The translations under genes were made by a program, and so were the position numbers. A stretch of DNA of 64,000 nt from the human T2T-CHM13v2.0 reference genome, Homo sapiens: NCBI RefSeq assembly GCF_009914755.1, contig NC_060932.1; one strand, 5' to 3'. A model generated the notes under the pieces. That model was not told the DNA's origin. It did not search any database and saw nothing but the letters and a program-made list of their open reading frames with translations. Positions 1-13,175 of this stretch are shown piece by piece; position 1 is the first letter of the stretch; every line of letters begins with the position of its first letter.

Positions 1-395
1 GCATATCACATTTATTGGCTTATGTATATTAAACCATCCCTGCATTCCTGGTATGAAACCCACTTGATCATGGTGAACTAAATTTTTAATATGCTGTTGG
101 ATTCAGTTTGCTAGTATTTTGTTGAGGATTTTTGCATCTATGTTCATCAGGGATATTGGTCTGTAGTTTTTTTTTTTTGTAATGTCCTCCCCTGGTTTTG
201 GTATTAGGGTAATACTGGCTTCATAGAATGATTTAAGGAGGATTCCCTTTTTCTCTCTCTTTTGGAGTAGGGTCAATAGGATTGGTACCAATTCTTCTTT
301 GAATGTCTGATAGAATTCAGCTATGAATCCATCTGGTCCTAGACCTTTTTTTGTTGGCAATGTTTTTATTACCATTTCAATCTCACTGCTTGTTA
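1..395 (-). mobile_element. LINE-1 ORF2 fragment (L1P-type), truncated by window start
   Basis: ORF 103..375(-) reads [22 protein letters not shown]...[12 protein letters not shown]...[21 protein letters not shown], the segment leading into the L1 ORF2p RT domain. Confidence 0.9.
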
Positions 396-399
396 TTCA

Positions 400-1690
400 T
401 TTCTTAGAATTTTTTGAGGAGTAAACATTTTTAGTTTTGATGAAGCCCAATTTTGTTTTCTTTATAGTTTGTGCTTTTTATGTCCCATTTAAGAAAACTT
501 TGCTTAACTCAAAATTACAAAGATTTCTCCAATGTTTTCTTCTAGAATTTTTATAGTGTTAGCTCTTAAATTAGGTCTAAGATCATTTTGTTAATATTTG
601 TGTAGATGAGATAAGGATCAAAGTTTGTTATTTGCTTTTTGATATAGATATTCATTTATTCCAGCACTATTTGTTAAAAGGCTATCCTTTTCCTCAGTGA
701 ATTACCTTAATACTTTTGTAGAAATTCAATTGACCATATATGTGTGAGTCTATTTCTGCACTTGTATTTTGTACCATTGATATATATGTTTGTCCCTCCC
801 CCAGTACCACACTGTCTTGATTATTATAGCTTTAATAGAAGCCTCCAAATAAGTCAATGTAGTCTCCAGCTTCAATCTAGTTTCCACAATGTTCCATCTT
901 TAAAAAAAACCCAGCTTTTGGCTTTGTTGGTTTTCTCCATTTTTTGGTCAGTTTTTCTATTCTATTCATTTCTGCTCTTAATGATTTTCTTCATTGTGCT
1001 TACTTTGGGTTTAATTTTCTCTTCTCTTTCTGTTTGTTAGGGTTAAAGCTCTGATTATTGACATGAGATTTTTCTTGCTTTCTGATACAAGCTTTCAGTG
1101 CTGTAAAGTTACTTCTCATCACTGCTTTTGCTGCATCCCACAAGTTTTGATATGTTGTATTTTCATTTTTATTTAATTTAAAACATTTTCTAGCTTACTT
1201 TGTAGTTTCTTCTTTGACCCATGGGTTATTTAGATGAGCGGCATTTCGTTTCCAGATATTTGAAGATTTTCAGATATCTTTCTTTTTGACTTGCAGTTTA
1301 ATTCTGTTGTGGAGAAAGACCAGAATATACTTTATATGTTTCCAATCTTTTTAAGTTTATTAAGATTTGTTTTATGTCTCAGAATGTGATCAACCTTGGT
1401 GAATGTTCCACATGCATGTGAAAACACAAGTGTTTTCTGTTGTTGTTGGGCATGGTGTTCTGTACCTGTCAATTAAGGCAGTTGGTTGATAGTGTTGTTT
1501 AAGTCTACTATGTCCATATGGATTTTCAGTTTACCTGTTTCATCAGCTTCTGAGAGAGGAATTTTGAGATCTTTGACTAGAATTGTGGATTTGTCTATTC
1601 TTACAGTATCAGTTTTTGCCTTATGTGTTTGGAAACTGTTTAGGTACATTCATATTTAGCATTGTTTATTTTCTTGAAGAATTGATTCCA
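400..1690 (-). mobile_element. Older degraded L1 (L1M-type) ORF2 fragments
   Basis: T-rich sequence with antisense L1M motifs (ttccagcactatttgttaaaag, gtaccacactgtcttgattattatagc, gctgcatcccacaagttttga, ttggtgaatgttccac). Boundaries approximate. Confidence 0.7.
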
Positions 1691-2572
1691 AGATAAGTGT
1701 TTTTTTTTTTTAAAGCAAAACTTGTCTACCTCTCCTCTTTTTGTGTCTGCATGCTGAAATGGGTAGAGAGAGGGTCCTCATTCACATACAACATCTTCCA
1801 AGGTAACTTTAAAAAGACAGGGGTGGGGCACCTGGAGGGGAACTATGCTGACAGTCATTAAGGCGTTATTCCACATGGCAGGCCATGGGGAAGGCTTCAC
1901 TGCCTGAGTCCAACAAGCCTGCGTCCCCTTCCTCCTTCAGCCACAAGCACGGCCAAGCACAACAAAGACTGGGACGGTTGAGGTGCCTGATACCTTTAAG
2001 TGTCTAAGCTGAACCTCACAGTCTGATAATTAGTTGTCACTGTTCTGTGGGGCTCTATTTTTAGTTTTGATATCACTTGCTTTAGAAGCTAATATCTCTT
2101 GTACATTTTCATGACATACCTGTGCCCTAGTTCATCCCTTGTTCTGTCTAAACCAGTTTCCACAAAACTGCAGAGGCCACCTGTCATGGACCAGTGACTT
2201 CCAGCACTGGCTTGTCCTCTTGGCTGAGAAAGTCCAATGGTTCCCAGCCCAAGTATCAACAAAAAGGTGCAAATAGTCCCTTCCCCTTTCCCAAGTGTCC
2301 CCAGTTTCTTTCTATCTGACACATAATTATCTCAGAGACAGCCTCAGGAACAAAGTGGGTTCCTCACACCTTATGGCTCTTCACTCTCAAATAGCAGCGA
2401 TGCAGAGGGCAAGGCCAATAGCCTACTATAGGCAGATGCAGTGGAGAAAATGTCGCCAAGGAAAACCAGCCTGCAGTCCTCTTAGTCTCCAACCCAGGCT
2501 CTGTGATAGTTGTTTTGTAAGATTATAAAGGTGATCCCAGAGGAAAATAAAAAACATTACATTACAGAAAAA

Positions 2573-2663
2573 AGGCAGGGAGGAAAGGAAAATGGAAGGG
2601 AAAGGAAAAATGGGAAGGAGGAAAGAAGGAAGGAAGGAAGGAAGGAAGGAAGGAAGGAAGGAG
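2573..2663 (+). repeat. GA-rich tract with (GGAA)8 microsatellite at 2628-2659
   Basis: Read directly. Confidence 0.9.
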
Positions 2664-4329
2664 GGGACTTATGGTTTAAATGGTTTAAAAGACTGGTAGC
2701 GGGTAAGGGAGGAAGGGGCTAGCAAAGCCTCTTTTCCCCCTTGAACCCCAGGGTTTATTTCCCAGTCTTTCAGAAACCAATACACGTGTCCCCAGACCTG
2801 AGCCTTTCACATCACTCAAGGTTCAGCGCCCTTGAAAATATTCATATTTTCCTAAGCCAGGATGGACAATGGGCCAAAGTTCCAAGGAGGAGCAACCTTT
2901 GTGAGCCCCGCATCTCTACTGGGTATAACTTGCAAAAAGATAAAAGCATTTTATGCAAAAGATTTTTGAGACCAAGCTATACATTCTTATTTCAAGTGCA
3001 AACGTCCACTCCAGCTGCCACTAGAGACTGAGAGGTGAGAGATGCAGGAGGCTAGAGGGCCAGAAGCTGCTTTTCTGAGGAAGATTAATTTCACAAGATA
3101 TTACAAAGCATTAAAAAAAAAAACTAGAGACTAAGAACATGATTTCCCATGAGTGTGACTATAGGTCTCAGGTTCTTTGAAATGATCTATTTAATTTTCC
3201 AAAACAAACGGAAGTGAATGAAAATTTAACTCTGTTCTCTAAATTTAATTGAAGGATTCAGGGTGTCAAATTATTTTCAAACAGAGATCCCTACTGAGAG
3301 CAATTGCTATGTGTTTTACAAATTAGGAGATTCAAGCTTACAAGTTGCTGATATGCCAGGCGCCCTGACCGTGCTGGAATTTCAACTTGATAACAATAGA
3401 GAAAAACTGATCCGTCCTCAGGACTGGCCTATATTTACTCCAAAATATTGTCCGGGGCCTAATAATCCTGGAAATTATAAGAAGCTATGGTAGTGAGATG
3501 CAGACATTCTTACCTAGGAAAAAAAATTGTAGGAGAGGGTAACATTTTTTTAACAAGTAAGTTTGAATGAGACCTTTACATTAACATTATTAATGCTTTT
3601 TCATTTGTACCCTACAACTGCAATATTATTTTTCTGGGCTTTTTTTTTTTCCTACTGAGAAAGTGCCAGATATTGGGGGCCTTGGGGAAATTTACATCCA
3701 GGTCCCCACAGCTGGGCTGCCATCTCCTCAATCTCCTCAAGGCCCCCAATATCTGTCACTATATCTCCTATTAACTGTCAATTTGGGGGTTTTACCAGAA
3801 GGACAATAAAAAAGTCAATACTAAAATTGTAGACTACATTTCTCAGGATCAAATGGCATCCTAAGTAAATGTCACTTTAATAGGAAGCTAAAATGGATGT
3901 ATCCATTTTAAAGAGGAAAATATAATGTAAATTGTGTGTGAGTAGGGTAATGAATTCATTCATTTCCCCTGGCAATCTGTGCCTACAACTCTACAATTCT
4001 GTGAACACAGCTCTGGGAGAGCTCTCTTGGGGAGCTGTTATGACACAGCTAGCTGAGCTAAGCTTCCTGTGTTTTCAAATTGTTTATTATTCTGATTTAA
4101 CCTAAGACTTTTGTTAGTGCTGTACATCCTGTGGGATTTTTTCTGTCTTTATTTGTGTATCTCAGTGATTTTCATGGTACACCTCTTCTTCCACTACACT
4201 CCACGAAGTGAAGAGTTAGTCCACCAAGGTGTTAATGCATCTGAAAAAACAATGGCACGTGGCAGTGGCTGTAACAAATGTGTGCCCATTGCTTTATCAT
4301 CTACAAAGTCTTTCATAAGGATTCTCTCG

Positions 4330-4965
4330 TTTAAACCTCACAACAGCCCACTAGAGTAGGAACTGTTAAACTTTCCCATTTTATAGTGGAGGAAAATGAG
4401 GATTCTAGAGGAGGCATGACTTGCTTAGGATCACAGAGTAGCTGGGAGCTTGTTGCCTTTTGATCTCTCGTCCTCCACCAAGTGGGGCATGCAGTGTAAT
4501 GGAAGCCAAGTAGCATCTAAGAAAAGTGGATGAATCCCCACTTCACTTAGGTTCATGGGACTGAGGCAAAAATCAGCGTGACCAGGGGCTGTTCTGCTTT
4601 GACTCACCACTCAGGATAGATCGGCACAGCCTCACAAGAACAGGTGGGTCGTTTCTAGGCCTCCACTCCTGGCAGGGATGTAGCTGTCCACTGCAAATGA
4701 GGGCGAGCCGATCCTTCAGTTGCATCCCATGCTGTCAACCAACCTGCCTCTCTGTCTGCCTTCAGTGGAGAGGCTGACCCTGTCCCGAGTCTCAGGTGTG
4801 CAACAACACCAGCTGCCCTCTTTCCCTTTGGACTTCTGGTCTCTATGAACAACTCTTGGCACTTTATCCTAGAGTTACTTTGAGCAAGGTCCTCAAACTT
4901 CCTGAGTCTGAACTTTCTCATCTATAACTGATAGTAATACTATCGACCTCCCATGGTTCTTAAGG
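4330..4965. mobile_element. Two MIR fragments (~4330-4480 and ~4870-4965)
   Basis: MIR core motifs cccattttatagtggaggaaaatgagg and ctgaactttctcatctataa. Confidence 0.6.
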
Positions 4966-5440
4966 ACAACCTGTTGGGTCTGTTTGCCTAACGCAATGTA
5001 AGAAACCCCTGTCTGTGAAGAATTAATGACCTAATTCTTCACAATCCAGTTCTTTTTTCAGGAAGAGCAAGAATACATACACTGTCTACATGACACAAAA
5101 TTGTCAGCTCCATATCTGAGAAGAAGGCTGGCAGCAAGTTTTTGCCAGGCTGTGATATCAACTTCCATAACCTGTCCTCTCCACCCTGATCCCATCAATT
5201 CCTGGACAACACACTTAACACAAACCAAACAGTACACACCACAGCATCCTCCTCCACGTCAGGAAGAAGTGAGTTTAATTCCTGCTTGTTTGATGGGCCT
5301 CAGGAAATTATTCTCATTTCCGATTTTCTCTTAGCAAGAAGGAGGCAGCTGATGGCAACAAAGCCCCCCAGTCAGTTCACTCCACACACCCCCTTAATCA
5401 CTCAGTTTGTATGGCTGTGAATCCTCCCAAGAAAAAATGC

Positions 5441-5749
<309 letters not shown>

Positions 5750-7589
5750 TAGCGAGTGTTTTCCTTCCAGGCTCTTTTTGGGGGTTCCTATTTTCTGCTT
5801 CCTCTAGCTGTGCTGTATTTTCACAGCTCTACATTTCATTCCTAACATACCTTGATTGCTCTGTCCCAAACAGAAATGTCTGCATTCCTGTGAAATAGAC
5901 ACCTATGATGGCAGAGCTGCCTAACAGAGTTTCTAAGGCTTTGACCCTTGGCTGTGAGTCAGAGATAGTGCCTCAGTTACTTCTCACCATGGGTGACTGG
6001 CCTGGGTTCTTGGCTGTACTCTCCTTCCCAGTTAGGAATCTGTAACACCTAAACTATCCAAGAGCCTGAGGTTCAGGAATGCTAAGTAGGAGAGCGGGCC
6101 AATGCTTGGGCTTGGTCTTTCTGAATAAACATTCTAAACTTGGTCTCAGCATTCCTACTCACACCTGCTTCCAGCATCTGGCTTTGGTTCTCTGACCCAG
6201 CCTAGCAGGTGCAAGATGGATACTGGGTGGTTGCCCACTCAGCAGCCTTAAGTCTAGCCGTACCCCTCCTGTCCACATTCCTTTAAGGCAAAGGCATTTC
6301 ATGATAGATGGGCAAAGATTTCTTTAAATTGACCCAGAAAGACAGGCATTTAACATGCATTGGTAACCAGATCCTATGTCAGGTTGAATTTCTGACTGGC
6401 ATTCCTTGCAGTACTCAGAGATTGAGGAAATGGCAGCCCAGCTGTGGGGGCCTTGGCGTAAATTTCCTCAAGGCCCCCAATATCTCCTCAATGGCCTGGC
6501 ATCAGTCATCCCTCAGGATAAGACATGAATATTTCTAGGTAAAGTATTATCTGGCAGGGGCATACATGAGGCCATCATTATCCATTAATGTCTTCGTTGC
6601 AATGCATCTTCTCAGCTTGATTGCTATCGCTTGACTGAGCCTTAAGGAATGGAACACAAGACAGGTAAGCGTTAGTGGATCAGAGTCATGGATGATGTAG
6701 AGAATGATCATTTAGGGAAGGGTTGATGCTGGCATGTCATGGAGGCCCTGGGAAACTTAGAGACTCAAAGGCACTGGTCACTGATTAAAATAAGCTCACT
6801 CTTCTACTTTGGGGCAGCTAAAAAAAATAATGCCCCCCCACAAATGTGGCTACCCAAACTTGTGCCAGAGTGAATGTCAGGAAAGCATTTGTTTAGTTTC
6901 ATTAGGTAGAAGAGGTGGGGTGAGATGCATTTGGGGTAAAGGGGGCTACTGGCATTGACCCCCAAGCTCAAACAAGCGCATATCCACCAATCTGCACCCA
7001 GTTATATTCCCTATGCTAAGATCCTGGGGACTAATCTGCACTCAAATGAATTTTAAAGGCAGTTTCATGCTTTCACTGTCAAGATTCTTGCCATGAGACA
7101 TACTTTGGCTTTAAAAAAAATCACTCATCACATTTAACATAAAAATCAAGCCAAATCTCCATTGAGCATTTTACTTCCTTTTCTTTGACACCTTCAACTA
7201 AAAATTAACCTTCTGTTAAGAGCAGTAAGATTGTGTGCCTTTAGGAGCCGAGAAGGTAACATGAATGAAAAAGCAGGCCAGGTAACAGAAAAATGTTAAT
7301 AGAAGCATAAATACAAGACATTGCTTGCTTTCCTTTTTACTCTGAGCATAGCAACTGTGTAAGCACAAAGATAAATGGCAACTGAAACCAGCCTTGCAGC
7401 AGGGGCAGCAAAGGGAGTGTTGAGCGCTGTGACCCTGACCGAGATGGGCAGAAGGGACGGAGCATTCCCAATCCAAGGCACAACACTGCTTAGCTCTCCA
7501 TGCAAGTTCTGGGTTGTTCATTTTTGCTTTGTCCAAAGAACCTGCAAATCCATATTTTAATGTGATGTTGCCTGAATTTTTTTAAAATT

Positions 7590-8588
7590 TTTTATTCTAG
7601 TAAAGAATGCAGAATATAGATTTACCATCTTAACCACTCCCATTACACATTCTAAGTGTCTATAGTGTCTGTTAAGAGCAATAAGTTTGTGTTTCTTTAG
7701 GAACCAAGAAGGTAACATGAACGAAAAAGCAGGCCAGGTAACAGAAAAAAATGTTAGTATAAACAGTATAACAGAAAATGGGAGTATATAATGTGTATAC
7801 TCCCATTACACATTCTAAGTGCCCAGTTCTGTAGTGTTAAGTATATTCACACTATTGTGCAACCAATTGCTAGAACTTTTTCATCTTGCAAAACAGAAGC
7901 ACTGTACACATTAAAGAAAAACTCCCCATTTCACCCTTCCCCAGCCCCTGGTAACCATCATCCTAGTTTCTGTCTATGAATTTGACCATCTAGATACATC
8001 ATGTAAGTGGAATCATATAATATTCGTCCCTTTGTGTCTGGCTTATTTCACTTAGCATAAGGTCCTCAAGGTTCATCCACATTGTAGCATGTGCCAGAAT
8101 TTTTCTCCTTTTTAAGGCTGAACAGTGTTCCATTGTATTCCATTGATTCTTGACATGTATGTATGCATGACATTTTGTTTATCTGCTTCTCCAAGGATGG
8201 ACTCTTGGGTTGTTTCTACCTCTTGGCTATTGTGAATAATGTTTCTGTGAACATGGCAAGTATCTGTGCCAGGTCCTTCTTTTTTGTTTGCAACGAATTC
8301 ACATTAAAAAAAAATACCCTGCAAACATTAAGCAATTAGGAGTGAGGATGTGGTAAAATTGGAACCCTCATGCACTGCTGGGAGAATGTAAAATGGTCCA
8401 TAGCAGCTGCTATAGAAAACAGTACAGAGGTTCCTCAAAAAATTTAACAGAGTTACCATAAAATCCTGCAATTCCACTTCTGAGTATATACTCAAAAGAA
8501 TTGAAAGCAGGGCCTCACACAGATATTTGCACACTCCTGTTCAAGCAACATTATTCACAATAGCCAAGAGGCAGAAGCAACCTAAATC
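7590..8588 (-). mobile_element. L1MB-type 3' end (minus, ~7590-8268) followed by an inverted L1 segment (plus, ~8335-8588)
   Basis: Antisense motifs tttaccatcttaacca, gtaagtggaatcat, ggcttatttcacttagcataa; sense motifs gaggatgtgg..ttggaaccctc, gcaattccacttctg, ttattcacaatagccaa. Confidence 0.75.
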
Positions 8589-8686
8589 TAAAATCATTTC
8601 TTGTTGATGGGTGTTAATGAGCATGCACTCTGACAGAGCCTTGTAGACATCTGTCTCTGTGTACAGGACAGTTCCACGTTACGGAC

Positions 8687-9191
8687 AGTGTTTGCCTAAC
8701 CCAAACTGAGGTTCGTGTCTAAGTACGTTCTGTAATGTTTACATAACAACAAAATCACCTAAGGATGCATTTCTTTTTTAAAAACACTTTATTTTAAGTT
8801 CAGGGGTACAGGTTTGTTACATAGGTAAACTTGTGTTATGGGGGTTTGTTGTACAGATTATTTCACACCCAGGTAGTAAGCCTAGCGCTCATTAGTTGTT
8901 TTTCCTGATTCTCTCCCTCCTCCCACCCTCCACCCTCCACCCTCCGAAAGGCCCCAGTGTGTGTTTTTCCCCTCTATGTGTTCATGTGTTCTCATCATTT
9001 AGCTCCCACTGATAAGTGAGAACATGTGGTATTTGGTTTTCCGTTTCTGTGTTAGTTTGCTAAGGATAATGGCCTCCCGCTACATCCATGTCTCTGCAAA
9101 AGACATGATCTTGTTCTTTTTTATGTCTGCTTAGTATCTAAGGATGCATTTATTAGAAGGTATCCCTGTCATTAAAAAACATGTGACTGTA
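8687..9191 (+). mobile_element. Tigger3/MER7-type DNA transposon end, split by an L1 insertion
   Basis: acaaaatcacctaaggatgcatttc ... agaaggtatccctgtcattaa...catgtgactgta resembles the Tigger3 terminus. Confidence 0.65.
8773..9137 (-). mobile_element. 5'-truncated L1PA (old primate) 3' end
   Basis: Antisense L1PA 3'UTR (tttagctcccact, taagtgagaacatg, gctaaggataatggcctcc); perfect 14-bp TSD CTAAGGATGCATTT at 8759-8772 and 9138-9151. Confidence 0.9.
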
Positions 9192-9730
9192 ATATGGACT
9201 ATCAATCTGTTGTTTACCTTTTTATACATATCAGACCAAACTGGAATGCAGGACAAGCTCCCAAGCAGATAGAGGAGATCAGTGCTTGTAATTCTCTGTC
9301 CCTTGTTCTGCTTCATAGAACATCACTATTCCCAAGAAATAGCACTTTCTGTGATAAAGGAGAGACAGCATTTAAGAAACTATTTGAAGGAACACATATA
9401 CACAACTCCATCTCGGGAAGGCTGTAGGAAAAAGATCTGCTTTTGATTTGATGGGCTGTGCTTACAGAAAAGAGTTTTAGATCTTTAACTCATTCTTCCT
9501 TTATGAGGTAGCCATGTATGAAGTTGGGCCTCTTGGAGATACACTGGACAGTGTCATTGATGCCTGTGATTACAGCACACTGAAGGGATTAAATCATAGA
9601 AAAGATGCCCAATTCTGGAAAAATGAGATTGCAAATACTATTGTCTTTTCTTATTGGGGTGCTATTGTATATGGTTTGTCATAAACAGTACCCAGGGGAT
9701 TCTGCATGGCAGAGGAGCCTCTTCACTGTT

Positions 9731-9975
9731 GAAAGAAAGGAGGGGGGAAGAGGGGAAGGAAGGAAGGAAAGAAGGAAGGAAGGAAGGAAGGACCAACCTA
9801 ATATAAGTGAGGCATGTGTAAAGTGCTTTATGTGTATTACTTTATTCAGTCCTTACGACAACCTTGTAAGGTAGGTTCTCATCTCTATTTTACAGAAGAG
9901 AAAACTAAGGCTCAGAGAGTTAACTAACTTGTCCAAGTCATACAGCTAATAAGTAGTTTGTGTGGGATTCAAAAC
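9731..9975. repeat. (GGAA)n tract 9731-9792 followed by a MIR
   Basis: Read directly; MIR core tattttacagaagagaaaactaaggctcagagag. Confidence 0.75.
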
Positions 9976-12157
9976 TAGGCTAAGCCTCTTTGCACAGAAC
10001 TTTCTTTGCTGAGCTGGTTGTTGGGTCCTCAGTGGATATAAACAAGACCAAGGAGATGGTGCAATTATCTAAAGATACTCAGGATAACCTCTGCTATTGG
10101 ATAACCCCCCACTCTGGTACTGGCTTTTCTTTTCTGAAAGATAGCATTGGTCCATATTGTTTGGAGGAAAACTTAATAATTTCCTGGAAACATGGAAGTG
10201 TAAGAGAAGCCAACCCAAACTATGTAATCCCAAATATGAAGGCAATAGTGGGTTAACAACTAAAACATTTTAAATGGAAGATAGATGTCAATCTCTAGTA
10301 GAGGAAAGCACAAAAATTTATACATATTCCAAAAGCAGTCCCAGGGGCTTGTTCGCTACCAGCAGTTTCCCAAAGGTTCTGCCTTCTGCAGAAAACACAT
10401 TACCCAACTTGTGTCACCCTTCAACTATGTCAGAACAGCTGCCATGGAAGTTCCCTTTAGATTAGAAACTGCCTTCAAGAAAAAGAGGCCACAAAATGGA
10501 CCTTGATGGTCTGTTCATCCAGGCGGAATTCGCTATTTGCTCAAATTGAATGGTTAAAAATAAGTCTTTTTATATATGCCCAGGTCATTTGGGCTTTCGG
10601 GGTTTTTTGTTGTTGTTGTTTTTTGCATAAGCCATACATGAGACTTAAGGGTTTGTTTTTTGTTTGTTTGTTTATTAGCCAGGGTAAGAGGATTATGGTG
10701 GGCAAGGAAGGAGTTGGACGTGTAAAAATAGGTGCAGGATTCTGTCAGGATAATGTTTATTTTACTTCACTTTCAAGGACATTGAGGTATCTGACACATT
10801 ACCAACAGAATCTAGTAACGTTCTTTTTCAAAAAGCCCAATTTCGCTTGATGTTTCCACTATTCCTTCATAGAAAACTACCTATTTCAGTTTTATTCTAC
10901 TGTGGCTAATATGATTTCATGGCCCTTTTTAACTTTCTATCAGGAAGCAATGTGGCAGTACAAAGGATTATCCCAAAGCCATAAAGACTTAGGATAATTT
11001 TATTGCTCTTGAAACATCATCCCCAAACATATGTTTAGGGTAAAATCTGGTAAAGTGCAGGCCAATAACTCATTTTGCTCTCAAGACTATTTTGAGTGGC
11101 AGTAAAACAACATACTTAACCAAAGTTCTGCTTTACTTGTGCCAGGTATTATCCATTCATATCGCAGCTTCATAAAATCATCCAGGGCTTCTGAGCTGAA
11201 TGCATGTGGCTACCTCACTGCTTTGAAATCAGTGGCATTCTAATCTGGTGGGATAATTTTACCAGTGATGTCATCGGAACATGTTTGCTTATTTATCCAT
11301 AGTTCTCCTAGGAAGGACGGTGTTTGTCATGGTACCTTGAAATGTAAAGAGTTTGAGCTCATAAAATCAAATTGCATTTCAGCAAGACTTCTTCCTGATT
11401 GTCCCTCATTCCATTAAGTTGTGATTTTTAAAGGCAAAACAACATAAGTAAATTTTGCTTATGACATAGATTAATCAATAAATTCAGAATTGCAACCTGT
11501 CTATCTCAGGTGCCTACAAAAGATAATTATTTCTTTAGACATGCTTATATTGGATTTGATTTAATATAGATATGGTTATTAGATTTTATTACCTAGAGAA
11601 AAAAAAATCCCATCATGATTTGCCCAAAATTAAGCCTGTAGTTTTGTAAAAATTATAGTAAGAAAATATATATGTATATGCATGCTAGAAACTTCTTCAG
11701 CAGTGGAGGGATTATATTAATATGTCCCACAATGTCATGTGGCATAGCAGTGCCATTTAAATTTGGAATTTTTTCAAATTCTGCAACCCTTTCTAAACCC
11801 AGTTCCTAGAGGTTTCAATGAGACTTTCATCTGAATAAATCATGTACAAGTGGACTTAAAAAAAAAAAAAACTAGAATAGCCTGAACTCCTTTTTCCCAA
11901 GAACTTCTCTCCACTGCATGCATTACTGTTCCTTCTTTTTGTATCATGAGTGTGAATTATTTTCATGACTCTTGGCTGTAGCCAAAATAATCTGAGCTTG
12001 CTTTCTATTTCTAATAATTATGTGCCATATAATAATATTGTTATTATAATAATAATTGTTATTATTATTATACTTTCTCCTCAATAGAAAAGTGACTGGA
12101 CCAATCCAAAAAGAACAAACCTCTTTTTTCTCTGATTCCCATTTTCTTCCATTGCAG

Positions 12158-12280
12158 ATTGGATTTGAGGCTCCTCCCCTCCAGGGACAGGCTGCAGCTC
12201 CAGCGAGTGGCAGTGGAGCTGATTCTGAGCCAGCTCGCCATATCTTCTCCTTTTCCTGGTTGAACTCCCTAAATGAATGA
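12158..12280 (+). CDS. TRIM55: TRIM55 (MuRF2) final coding exon, 40 aa C-terminus
   Basis: Pyrimidine tract plus ttgcag acceptor ending at 12157; frame gives IGFEAPPLQGQAAAPASGSGADSEPARHIFSFSWLNSLNE-TGA, recognised as the MuRF2 C-terminus; TRIM55 is the known neighbour of CRH. Upstream exons lie outside the window. Confidence 0.9.
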   Translation: MGFEAPPLQGQAAAPASGSGADSEPARHIFSFSWLNSLNE

Positions 12281-13175
12281 TATTCATTCCAACTGCTGCC
12301 CCTCTGTCTGCCTGGCTGAGATGCATGTGGGCAGCAGGAAGCCCAAGTGAAATTAATATTATGCAGATGATGAAAGGGACCTCTGAACAGGATTTCTGCA
12401 AAAATAGCCCCAAACTGCAATTCCATATGACTTATCTAACATCTTGGGGGGAAAGAATATTTTGAGAAAATAGTTGCAGAAAGCACTGGAAATAATAAAC
12501 TTGATCTTATACAAATCTTCTATTGTGTGGAAAATGTTGTGAAGGGTGTGTAGGTGTGGTACATGTGTATGTCACTAACAAGTGGCAAATGGTGAAAAAA
12601 GTGGTCACTATGCTTTTGTCTCTCATAGGCACTGACTTTTTGTTATTATATTATGGTAGCTTTCATTTCCTTTACTCTTTAACAGTGCAGGTGGTCAGTG
12701 AAAATCAGTGTCAACTCAGAAGTGACTGATTTATCAATACATGGACAAAAAGTAAATCATTGACCAAAGCTATGAAATGTTTCACAAAGTTTTCCTCTTT
12801 TGCATAACAGATGTCACTGGATGTACATTCAGAAATGTTCTTTGAATTTGGTGACACTTTCATGGTCCAGAAAGCTGAAGGCCTGGGCATCTCTTGTGAC
12901 ATTTTTCTAATATTAGTTTTAGATTTTCACGTATTAGGCACTTTAGTTGAATCTTCCAGCAAAAGCTGTCTACTTTCTCTTTTATTCACTGTGGCACCAA
13001 TCTGGTAAATTGTAGAACAATTGCATGTGTTTAAATATATATACAAACATATCACACATTAAATATATATATATTTAAATCATGCTTTGTTAATATTTGT
13101 CCCACCATAATGCCTCCTTCAGAACATAAGTGTAACTTTATATGAACTCTTAAATAAATGATGTTTTTAAAAGCT
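12281..13175 (+). other. TRIM55: TRIM55 3'UTR with proximal (12494-12499) and distal (13153-13158) AATAAA
   Basis: Two canonical hexamers, each followed by T/GT-rich sequence; 3' end inferred. Confidence 0.7.

Noticed and set aside
2628-2659. (GGAA)8 as an EWS-FLI1 enhancer
   Set aside because: Short run of a common repeat; nothing in the sequence supports a specific role.
11944-12465. 160-aa and 110-aa minus ORFs and a 62-aa ORF overlapping the TRIM55 stop
   Set aside because: Antisense shadows or 3'UTR ORFs crossing low-complexity sequence; no coding evidence.
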